A stretch of DNA of 64,000 bases, from NCBI GenBank assembly GCA_052168235.1, contig JBQLZK010000030.1, positions 1 through 64,000 on the forward strand, written 5' to 3'. A program made the translations under genes and the position numbers. The notes below the pieces were generated by a model, which saw nothing but the letters and a program-made list of their open reading frames with translations, made no database searches and was not told the origin of the DNA. The stretch is from Thainema sp. Its GTDB lineage: Bacteria > Cyanobacteriota > Cyanobacteriia > Phormidesmidales > Phormidesmidaceae. Positions 9,803-18,104 of this stretch are shown piece by piece (the first letter of the stretch is position 1; every line of letters begins with the position of its first letter).

Positions 9803-10093
9803 TCAATCCAAGTTGATTCCTTGTTCTTTCAGTTTAATTTCGTACTCTTCTCTACTTAGCGGGCAGTCGATTAAATTCAGAAATGCTTTCTTACTCAATT
9901 TACATTGCTTTGCCATCTGAGTTAGTAGGTTTTCGGGAATATCCTTCATCTTCGGTGTATGACTGGTTTTCGTTCTGATAGCAGTTTTCTTGCCTTCAGT
10001 GGTTATATATGCAAAAAAATGATGATCTCCCTCAGTTTGCTGAAATCCTTTCTCTCTTAGGCTAGACTCAACTTTGGTTTTCTTACGCGGCAT
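9803..10093 (-). CDS. HicA-like toxin
   Basis: From ATG 10093: basic 96 aa, LREKGFQQTEGDHHFF...TSH...LLTQMAKQCKLS, a HicA-like pattern. Overlaps the upstream gene by 11 bp. Confidence 0.6.
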   Translation of the reverse strand: MPRKKTKVESSLREKGFQQTEGDHHFFAYITTEGKKTAIRTKTSHTPKMKDIPENLLTQMAKQCKLSKKAFLNLIDCPLSREEYEIKLKEQGINLD

Positions 10094-11159
10094 CCCTGCT
10101 AATTTCCTCACCAAATTCTAATAGCCGATGCTTTAGAGCTAGTGCATCCGTCGCCAATGTTTCATCCTGAGCCTTGACATAGGCATCCCACATAAATGCA
10201 ATCTGCTCACTGATCTCATGAAGTAACTGCTCACGAGTTTGGGCATATGCCAACAGCGTTAAGTCCGAATTTTCCACCACGTAAAGCTGTGAGCTTTCCT
10301 CATCCAGTGCTGGCTGCAAAATGATTGGTTTATTAAAGCGAAACTCGCGATCGCCCCAATAGACGACCTTAAGTGTAATGGGAGAGAGATCTACAGGTTG
10401 AAGTTGAGTGACATTGATCAGCTGAATCGGGTGCTGACCTTCAGGGTCAAGAGTGAATTGCCCTGTAGCCTGAATTAACCCTCGTCGATTTTCAATCATC
10501 GTTTCTTCGACCTCTTCCACATATACACATTCAATCTCAGTACGTGTTGGAGGATAACGTAAAACGACTGTTCGATGGTCAAAGTCAATCCGGATAAGTT
10601 CACCTGTAACAGTCATTACCGTATCTTCTGGACTGTCTTGTGTTAGCTCCCGATCTATAGTTGCGATCGCATTCGCTGGATTCAGTAAAACTTCGGTGCT
10701 ATCTGAGTTTTGAAACCCAAACTGCCAACCCTCACCCGGTTTCGGCAATAGTTTCCGAACTTCCCTCAATGCCCGATTTCTCAGCTTGCTGTCAGGAATC
10801 AAATCCAATAATCTATCTAAGCTACCGTGTTGAATAGCACTTAAAAATCCTTCTACATTACCCAACAAATCGAAATAGTTAGTGAACAGTGAAGGATCTA
10901 CATAATCAGAACCTAGAGCAATTGGCATTGCATAGCTACCTGGCTGGGGAATCTGGCAACTCAGGCTGTATCGTTGCTGAATCTCTTGAGAGATCCGAAA
11001 TCGATTCTTGAATGTTTTTTGCTCTTGAGCTGTAGCAAGGACATAAACTAGCTGCTGCATACCCGATAACGTCCGTGCCAACATATCAGCCGGAACTTCA
11101 TGGATTCCATCGGCATCATTAGTGAGTCGAATAGTAGCTAGCGCTTTATCGGAAGCCAT
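10083..11159 (-). CDS. Hypothetical protein with a C-terminal HicB-like domain
   Basis: 358 aa; C-terminus YVVENSDLTLLAYAQTREQLLHEISEQIAFMWDAY resembles a HicB domain. Confidence 0.55.
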   Translation of the reverse strand: MASDKALATIRLTNDADGIHEVPADMLARTLSGMQQLVYVLATAQEQKTFKNRFRISQEIQQRYSLSCQIPQPGSYAMPIALGSDYVDPSLFTNYFDLLGNVEGFLSAIQHGSLDRLLDLIPDSKLRNRALREVRKLLPKPGEGWQFGFQNSDSTEVLLNPANAIATIDRELTQDSPEDTVMTVTGELIRIDFDHRTVVLRYPPTRTEIECVYVEEVEETMIENRRGLIQATGQFTLDPEGQHPIQLINVTQLQPVDLSPITLKVVYWGDREFRFNKPIILQPALDEESSQLYVVENSDLTLLAYAQTREQLLHEISEQIAFMWDAYVKAQDETLATDALALKHRLLEFGEEISRDAA

Positions 11160-11303
11160 ATGAGCCAGATTTGCCCAGTGAGTGCTTATGATTCATTACA
11201 CTTAATTATCTCTAATTTCAGTACGACATCAAGCAAATTCAAAACAGATTGGAACTTCACAGCTTAGTTTTGATCACTTCGTCTCCCGTTCACAGTCAAA
11301 TCA

Positions 11304-12064
11304 ATGTCAAAGCCCTTTCTCATCACGATCTGGTTCCTAGCAGCAGCTTTACCAGGCTGTAGCCAAGCTGATATTCTGTCTAGCTCTGCAAATACTTCAC
11401 AGGCTGACAGCTCCCAGATACGAGTATCACAAGCCAGCAATCTACCAACCGTGATCAGCACAGGTGACGGTGACACCTTACGCATCAGCCGCAACGGACA
11501 ATAAGAAACTATCCGCCTCGCCTGCGTGGACGCTCCAGAAAGTAATCAACCTGGCGGCCAAGTGTCTGCCAACCGCCTGAGCGAGTTATTGCCTCGTGGT
11601 CAGCTGTGCAAGTGCGAACCGTAGACCGCGATCGCTATGGTCGAGAAGTGGCAGAACTCTACTTAGGCAACCAATCTGTTAACCTGCAACTGGTTCAAGA
11701 CGGCATGGCGGTTGTCTATCACCAATACCTTGACGGCTGTAGCGATACTCAAGATCTGTATCTGCAAGCCGAACAGCAAGCGCGATCGCAACGTCGAGGA
11801 TTTTGGAGCCAACCAGATCCGGTCATGCCGTGGGACTGGCGAAACGGCAACACAACATCGGCTCCATCTTCACCTGTGCCCACTTCTCAACCGCCTAATC
11901 TACCTTCCACTGGCGACAACTTACCCGCTTGCATCAATTCAGACTGTGACTGCTCAGACTTCTCAACCCAGGCAGAAGCGCAACGAGTTCTAGAAGCCTT
12001 TCCAGGCGATCCACATAGGCTTGATGGCGATGATGATGGACAAGCCTGCGAAAGCTTGCCTTAA
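11304..12064 (+). pseudogene. Thermonuclease (SNase) lipoprotein with Excalibur Ca-binding domain, disrupted
   Basis: LPGC lipobox, GDGDTL, IRLACVDAPE, DRYGR, LVQDGMA and [10 protein letters not shown] motifs. In-frame TAA at 11502-11504 and a 1-nt frameshift near 11604. Confidence 0.85.
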
Positions 12065-12373
12065 GGGATAAGGACTGAGTTTTATCCAGGCAATCTTCTA
12101 TATTCACGTAAATAGAACTTAACTTGCCGAGAGGGAGGTCTGCGTATTTGTGCAAGAAGGCACCCTAACGGGTGATGTCATCGTTTCTTAGTAAGCCTCA
12201 TTCTGACAGCAAGGAGTCAGGATTCATACAAACCCATAGATCGCCGTTAATTTTTAATACATCTACACTTGTAGTAAATTTGAACTATAATAGATTTAAT
12301 GTAAAGTCTATGCATCTCGGATTGCAAACTTTGCAAAGTAACGAGAGAATCGTAATGTAGATTAATAACCTAT

Positions 12374-12877
12374 GTGAATTCTGAGGCATCAGTCATGCTA
12401 GATATCAATATTGTGGCTGATTACATATGCCATTTTCTTTTATCGTTGGATCAGTCTCCAACTCCGCTCCAGCTACAAAAGCTTTTGTATTATGTTCAAG
12501 CTTGGCATTTAGCTTTTTATAAAACAGCTCTGTTTGAGGGTAAATTCCAGGCATGGGCACATGGCCCTGTTAATGTTGAAATATATAATCGATACAAAGA
12601 TCAAAAAAGCATATTTTCTTTAATAGAATCAGAAGACATTTCGGGTGATTTCGACTCTTTGAGTGAAGAAAATAGATATCACATAGAAGCGGTTTTGGAA
12701 AGTTACGGGCATCTAAGCGGTACTCAGCTTGAAGAATTGAGCCATCGAGAAGCGCCCTGGTTAAAAGCACGCGGAAATCTTGGGCCGTATGCAAGATCTA
12801 ACAAGGAAATTTCTGAGAATGATATGATGAATTTCTACGGAAGAATGAAAGAGCCCGATGTAAGCAATGCTTCCTAG
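12374..12877 (+). CDS. Panacea (DUF4065/SocA-like) antitoxin
   Basis: TPLQLQKLLYYVQAW, FQAWAHGPV, LEELSHREAPW motifs. Confidence 0.88.
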   Translation: MNSEASVMLDINIVADYICHFLLSLDQSPTPLQLQKLLYYVQAWHLAFYKTALFEGKFQAWAHGPVNVEIYNRYKDQKSIFSLIESEDISGDFDSLSEENRYHIEAVLESYGHLSGTQLEELSHREAPWLKARGNLGPYARSNKEISENDMMNFYGRMKEPDVSNAS

Positions 12878-12883
12878 CAGTCG

Positions 12884-13675
12884 ATGGCAAAACGAAACAA
12901 CAAGCCCCCTAAACAGTCAGCGTTTAACGCCAAGAACCCTCTACCCAGCAACATCCAGCCCTCTTCTAATAAAATCCCACGCCCCTCAGTGCAATCAGGC
13001 AAAAGATGGGCGTTTTCGTTTAAATACTGGGATCAAATCGAGCATTTTGGGCTAGATAATGATGTTGTCAGAATTAACTGGTTCATCTCTTTCTTGGAGA
13101 AGCTTAAAGAGCTTTCCAGAGAACCTATTGAGCGAGTCATGAATGATCAAATTCAAGCAAAAGCTTATAGGTTTCACATTGTCAATTGGAATCAGAGAAA
13201 TATCCCGATATCCAAAAATGATTTAGACTGGATACCTTCTGAGATTAGAGAATCGGAAGAATTTGACTTTTATCAGTTTCAACTGTCAACCTCAACAGGT
13301 AGAATCATTGGTTATTTTGACGTTGATTATGTCTTTCAGATTGTACTTTTAGACCCCAAACACAATCTTCAACCATCCAGAAATTTTGGCTATAAAGTTG
13401 ACAGAACCAGAGAGTTGAATAGTGATTACCAAATTTTACAAGAAAAACTAGTTGATCTTGATGAAACGGCTAAGTCCATTTGTGATGAAGAGTGTGGCGT
13501 TAGATCTAAGATCGCTGATTTAGCGTCAGAACAAGAAATAGGTAGATACGTATTTTTAGAGGACATTCTTTGCGAAAAGATAGAAGAGTTATGCAACAAG
13601 AAAGGCTATGACTATGTATCTCATCTTTTGCTTGATGCGATTATAACTTTAGAGAGCGAAATGGTTTCTGAGTAG
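12884..13675 (+). CDS. Putative toxin partner of Panacea (possibly RelE-like core plus C-terminal extension)
   Basis: Starts 6 bp after the Panacea gene; FSFKYW...YQFQLS..GRIIGY...FQIVLLDPKHNL. Confidence 0.55.
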   Translation: MAKRNNKPPKQSAFNAKNPLPSNIQPSSNKIPRPSVQSGKRWAFSFKYWDQIEHFGLDNDVVRINWFISFLEKLKELSREPIERVMNDQIQAKAYRFHIVNWNQRNIPISKNDLDWIPSEIRESEEFDFYQFQLSTSTGRIIGYFDVDYVFQIVLLDPKHNLQPSRNFGYKVDRTRELNSDYQILQEKLVDLDETAKSICDEECGVRSKIADLASEQEIGRYVFLEDILCEKIEELCNKKGYDYVSHLLLDAIITLESEMVSE

Positions 13676-14872
13676 CACTGATATCCTTGCGCCCTCCCGT
13701 CCATTTTGGCTTGGTAGTGGCTTTCGTTGGAGATTTGAGAGAGGCTTCACAAATCAGGCTCTTACAAAAAAGCATAAACAGTTCAAGATTTGGCAAGCAC
13801 TTGCTGTTTCCTTTCGCAATCGCAAGATGACATATGCGTCTTGTTGTGCTTGGGAGATGAGAGCTGCAATCGGCTTTATCGTTTTTAAGAGAATCCCAAC
13901 GAGAACATTTTGCTGATCAGCCAGAGATAGAAAGTGCGATCGCACTTTCATAAAGAGAGAAATTCGTTACGCCAACATGAACTCATCTAGCTCATCCGTT
14001 GTGTGAATAATTTCATCCTCTGCCACACCATAAGCTCTAGCTAGATCAATGCTGGCCTGTAGCCGTAGGGTTGTATTCTTGCTTTCATCAAAGGCCGCTT
14101 CCATCAAATCACCCAGCTTGTTGAACTCCGTTGTGATCGTGGCAATCACATTTTGATAGGTGGCATCAATCTGCTTTGTCCAATAAGCAGAGTAACCATC
14201 TAGCCAAGCTTCCAACTCGGTTGCTTTGCCTGATAGATATTGCTTGCCAAAATTCAGCACCATCCGGCTGGCAATTGTGCCAATCACTGCCCCCATAACG
14301 GGCATTGGAATAACTGCTTGACCGATCGCAGCTCCAATTGCCACCATTGCCGACTCAGCACAGGCTAATTGTCCCAGATCAAAAAACTCATCTAGATCAA
14401 TCTCACCTTTGCTGTATCGGTTCGCGAGACTGGCAACCGAGTAGCCAGCGCTGACAATCGCTCCTGCCAACGGTGCGGATAGATTAGCGAAATTGGTCAT
14501 GGCATAGATGGCTGATCCGGAGAAGCCACCCATCGAGCCACCCTTAACCGCTGACATGCCAACATCTTGCCAATCTTCGAGCGAGAATTCTCCCTTAAAG
14601 GGATTTTTCCCTTGCCTAACTTTTTCAATCAGCTTGAAAGTGACCTGCAATCCTGCACCAATTGCTGCACCCTTGAGTGCGACCTGGGCCATTTCATTCA
14701 GGCTAGGCTGATGTTCTAACTCAATGCGGGTTCGGTGTTCAGCATCTCGCTCTTGAATTTCCTTCTCATGGCGATCCAAGGTCTGATCAATTTCACCCTT
14801 CTGGACTTCTGCGTAAGAAGAGACACCAGGCTTCACAACTGTGTCAAACGATTGCCCCGTGGTTTTCTCAAT

Positions 14873-16265
14873 GAGCTATGTTTATTTGTGGTGTACGGTA
14901 AGGAGAAAGAAAGGGCGTATCCTGCTGGATAAGGAAAAAAAGACCAGACGAGGATACACCATGAGTAAGGACAATCTTATTGCATTTCAAGCAGGAGAAT
15001 CATCGGCATCGTTTCGAGATGCCTTGACGGAACTGGTTCGTAACGGTGCTCGCCAGATCATTGCCGAAGCCGTGGAGGCAGAGTTGCAAGAGTTTTTAGC
15101 TCAATACAAAGACCTCAAGGACGAGCAGGGACGCAAGGCTGTAGTTCGCAACGGCTATCTGCCAGAACGCACAATTGTGACCGGGATGGGTGACGTTGAA
15201 ATTCAGGTGCCGAAAGTGCGAGATCGCACCCATAGTGGCATCAAATTCAATTCCTCATTGTTGCCGCCGTACCTGAAACGCGCTCAAAGCGTGGAAGAGG
15301 TGTTACCTTGGCTGTACCTTAAAGGCATATCCAGCGGGGATTTTTCAGAGGCCCTGGCATCATTGCTTGGTGCCCAAGCTAAAGGGCTATCAGCCAGTAC
15401 GATTAGTCGCCTCAAAGCGAAATGGATTGAAGACCATCAACAATGGCAAAAGCGATCTTTAGCGGGTAAGCGGTATGTGTATCTGTGGGCGGACGGCATC
15501 TACTTCAACATCCGCAATGAAAATGACCGTCAGTGTATTTTGGTGATCATCGCGGTGACGGACACTGGAGTTAAGGAATTACTGGGGCTGGAAGCAGGCT
15601 TCCGTGAATCCGAGTTAAGTTGGAAGCCGTTATTGCTGCGCTTGCAAGACCAGGGACTCAAAGTGGCACCGGAACTGGCAGTTGGGGATGGCGCATTAGG
15701 GTTTTGGAAAGCATTGGCACAGGTGTTTCCCACGACTAAACCCCAACGCTGCTGGGTGCATAAAACTGCTAATGTGCTTAACAAACTGCCCAAAACGCAG
15801 CAACCGCAGGCGAAATCTGCCCTACACGAAATCTATCTTGCCGCGACGAAGGACGAGGCAAATAAGGCGTTCGACCGTTTTGTCAAAACCTATGAAGCCA
15901 AGTACCCCAAAGCCGTGGACTGTTTAGTCAAAGACCGGGAGGCACTGTTGGCGTTCTATGATTTTCCGGCTGAGCATTGGGTGCATCTTCGCACCACCAA
16001 TCCAATCGAATCGACCTTTGCCACTGTCCGGTTAAGAACCGATAAGACACGAGGCTGTGTTTCCCAAGACAGCATCTTGTCGTTGGTGTTCAAGCTGGTA
16101 CAGAGTGCTCAGAAGCGATGGTTACGCATTCGTGGATTCAAACGATTAGGGGAGGTGATGAGTGGGGTGAAATTCAAAGATGGCATTCGGGTTGATCCAT
16201 CAGAGAATTCACAACTGAGCCAGGACGCCGCTTAATTCTTCATACACCACACTTGCAAATATCTC
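14873..16265 (+). mobile_element. IS256-family insertion sequence (1393 bp)
   Basis: Imperfect IRs GAGCTATGTTTATTTGTGGTGTACG / GAGATATTTGCAAGTGTGGTGTATG; 8-bp TSD TTCTCAAT at 14865-14872 and 16266-16273. Confidence 0.93.
14961..16235 (+). CDS. IS256-family transposase
   Basis: RNGY..R, PKVRDR, YLWADG, VGDGALGFW, QRCWVHK, RTTNPIES. Confidence 0.95.
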   Translation: MSKDNLIAFQAGESSASFRDALTELVRNGARQIIAEAVEAELQEFLAQYKDLKDEQGRKAVVRNGYLPERTIVTGMGDVEIQVPKVRDRTHSGIKFNSSLLPPYLKRAQSVEEVLPWLYLKGISSGDFSEALASLLGAQAKGLSASTISRLKAKWIEDHQQWQKRSLAGKRYVYLWADGIYFNIRNENDRQCILVIIAVTDTGVKELLGLEAGFRESELSWKPLLLRLQDQGLKVAPELAVGDGALGFWKALAQVFPTTKPQRCWVHKTANVLNKLPKTQQPQAKSALHEIYLAATKDEANKAFDRFVKTYEAKYPKAVDCLVKDREALLAFYDFPAEHWVHLRTTNPIESTFATVRLRTDKTRGCVSQDSILSLVFKLVQSAQKRWLRIRGFKRLGEVMSGVKFKDGIRVDPSENSQLSQDAA

Positions 16266-16821
16266 TTCTCAATCTCTTGAATCTTTGCCTGAATTTTGCG
16301 TACCGTCTTATCGGCTAAGCCATCAACTGATTCTCCGTTCAAAACCTTCTTGATCACCTCGTAATGGTCGCAAGGGATGTGATAGTAAGATCCATCTCGG
16401 CCAAAACGTTGATACTTATCCATGTGTTTCAACACATGATCAAGGTTTTTAGTCACGCCATTAACGAACTTGGACTGAACCTCATTCCCATCTATCAAGT
16501 AATCGGCTGGGGCTGTTCGTCCTACGCCTTCAAAAGTTGCGCTAGGCGGTCGCTGATCGACTAAATCGCGGGCATTCCGAACACCGACTTCAACTTGCTC
16601 AGCAATTTCACCATGTTTGGTTGATACGTTGCCAAGGATATTTTCTGGCTTCCCAATGAAGTCACGAACCTTTTGAATTTGCTGTAATGCATCGGCTAGA
16701 GCTTGATCCTGATTTCCCAAAGATGCCCGAAGATCTGTCCATCGCTGTTGGTTCTGAGCCGCAACAACTCCACCAATGATTTGAGTTGTCTGGTGATGGT
16801 TTTCTTGCACAGCGTTCACTC

Positions 16822-17688
16822 CTAAGCAATCTTTTTCTTGAGGAGTGCAGAAAGGGCTTGAATATTGTTGATCAATGCGCCTAACAGTTCTTTCTGATCT
16901 GGAGAGAATAGGCGGTAATCGTCTGGAGCATGATCATGCAGTTTTGCCAAACATGATCGAACTCCATCAGCATGTTGATGAGTCAGTTGCTTTAGGCTTT
17001 CAATTTCCTTATCAGCCGCTTGTAATTTTCTAATTCCAGTTTGAATCTGAGTCGTATGGTGAGCGGCTTCTTTCGTTGCCTTCGTATTTTGGCTAGTAGC
17101 CCATAATGCCCCACCTGCGATCGCAACACCGCCAATCGCCCAGCCAACTGGCCCTGCTAGAGCTAATAACGCTTGACCGCCTGCCATGCCACTGCCACCT
17201 GCTACCAGTGCTCCACCTCCTAGCCATGCCAAAGCAGCATTTGTTGCTGCAACACCCGATAAAGCTGAAATGGCTGTCCCTGTTGAAGCGGTTCCGAATG
17301 TCGTCGCAATTGCCATTGCTGCCGAAGGAGCAAACGCAGCAACTCCTGCACCTGCCACGACTCCTGCACCCGTGGCAGATTTACGAACCGTGGCTTGCTT
17401 CCGAACCTCAATTTCAATCTGTCGGCTCAAGTCATTGAACTGTTGATACTCAACCTTATATTCAGCCACCGACTTATCAAATTCTTTGGGAGAATTGGCC
17501 AGAGTGTTGATGTAGTTTTCACAGGCTTGAATGACTTCTTCTGCTACGGAGATCCGCAAATCATAAAGCTCTTGGGCATGTTGAGTAACCTTTTGGGCTT
17601 GCTTTTCATAAGCTTTTTGCTCAACTTTGAGTTGTCTGATTGCCCGTTTTTTGGTGTTATGGTTCAGCATCGAAGATAGGACTTGCAT
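16822..17688 (-). CDS. Coiled-coil protein with a long Gly/Ala-rich hydrophobic (glycine-zipper) hairpin
   Basis: FGTASTGTAISALSGVAATNAALAWLGGG...LAGPVGWAIGG; ends 2 bp before the next gene. Confidence 0.75.
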   Translation of the reverse strand: MQVLSSMLNHNTKKRAIRQLKVEQKAYEKQAQKVTQHAQELYDLRISVAEEVIQACENYINTLANSPKEFDKSVAEYKVEYQQFNDLSRQIEIEVRKQATVRKSATGAGVVAGAGVAAFAPSAAMAIATTFGTASTGTAISALSGVAATNAALAWLGGGALVAGGSGMAGGQALLALAGPVGWAIGGVAIAGGALWATSQNTKATKEAAHHTTQIQTGIRKLQAADKEIESLKQLTHQHADGVRSCLAKLHDHAPDDYRLFSPDQKELLGALINNIQALSALLKKKIA

Positions 17689-18104
17689 GGTGATGATTAG
17701 TTGACAGAGTCAAAGCACCCAAAGTTCTTGGTAGTAGAGGGCAAGCCTTAACTGAGAAAAGCTAGTAGCGGCCTTTACCAATATTGCCCAACTCATAAAT
17801 CTACTAACGACAGTAACAATCCCTTATTCAACGTTGGGATGTTTGATCAGGGAACTAAATCGACACCTCATGAATGCGCTGTTGTATGCCAGCCATGTCT
17901 TTATATCTATTTTCTTGCTGAACTAATGCAGCCTGACCTTAATTGAGATCTGCGATCGCACTTCCGATCATCATCCAAATGTCCGCGATCGCATTTTCTC
18001 CTAACCGCGATCGCACTTTGCCCCCACATCGGAGATCGCACCTTTCGCTAATCTCCCCTACGAAACCAAATCCAAAATCCAAAATCGCCAATCCAAAATT
18101 CCCA

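Larger units (their letters stand above)
13967..16819 (-). pseudogene. 483-aa nuclease-like/glycine-zipper protein interrupted by IS256
   Basis: Removing 14873-16265 and one TSD joins ...KIQEIEK to TTGQSFDTVVKPG... in frame (554+898=1452 nt). Confidence 0.85.

Noticed and set aside
14841..14960. N-terminal extension of the transposase
   Set aside because: It begins outside the IS left end (14873); ATG 14961 with a GAGG RBS is more plausible.
13967..16819. Two independent genes (289 aa and 195 aa)
   Set aside because: They are halves of one gene split by IS256, as shown by the TSD and in-frame rejoining.
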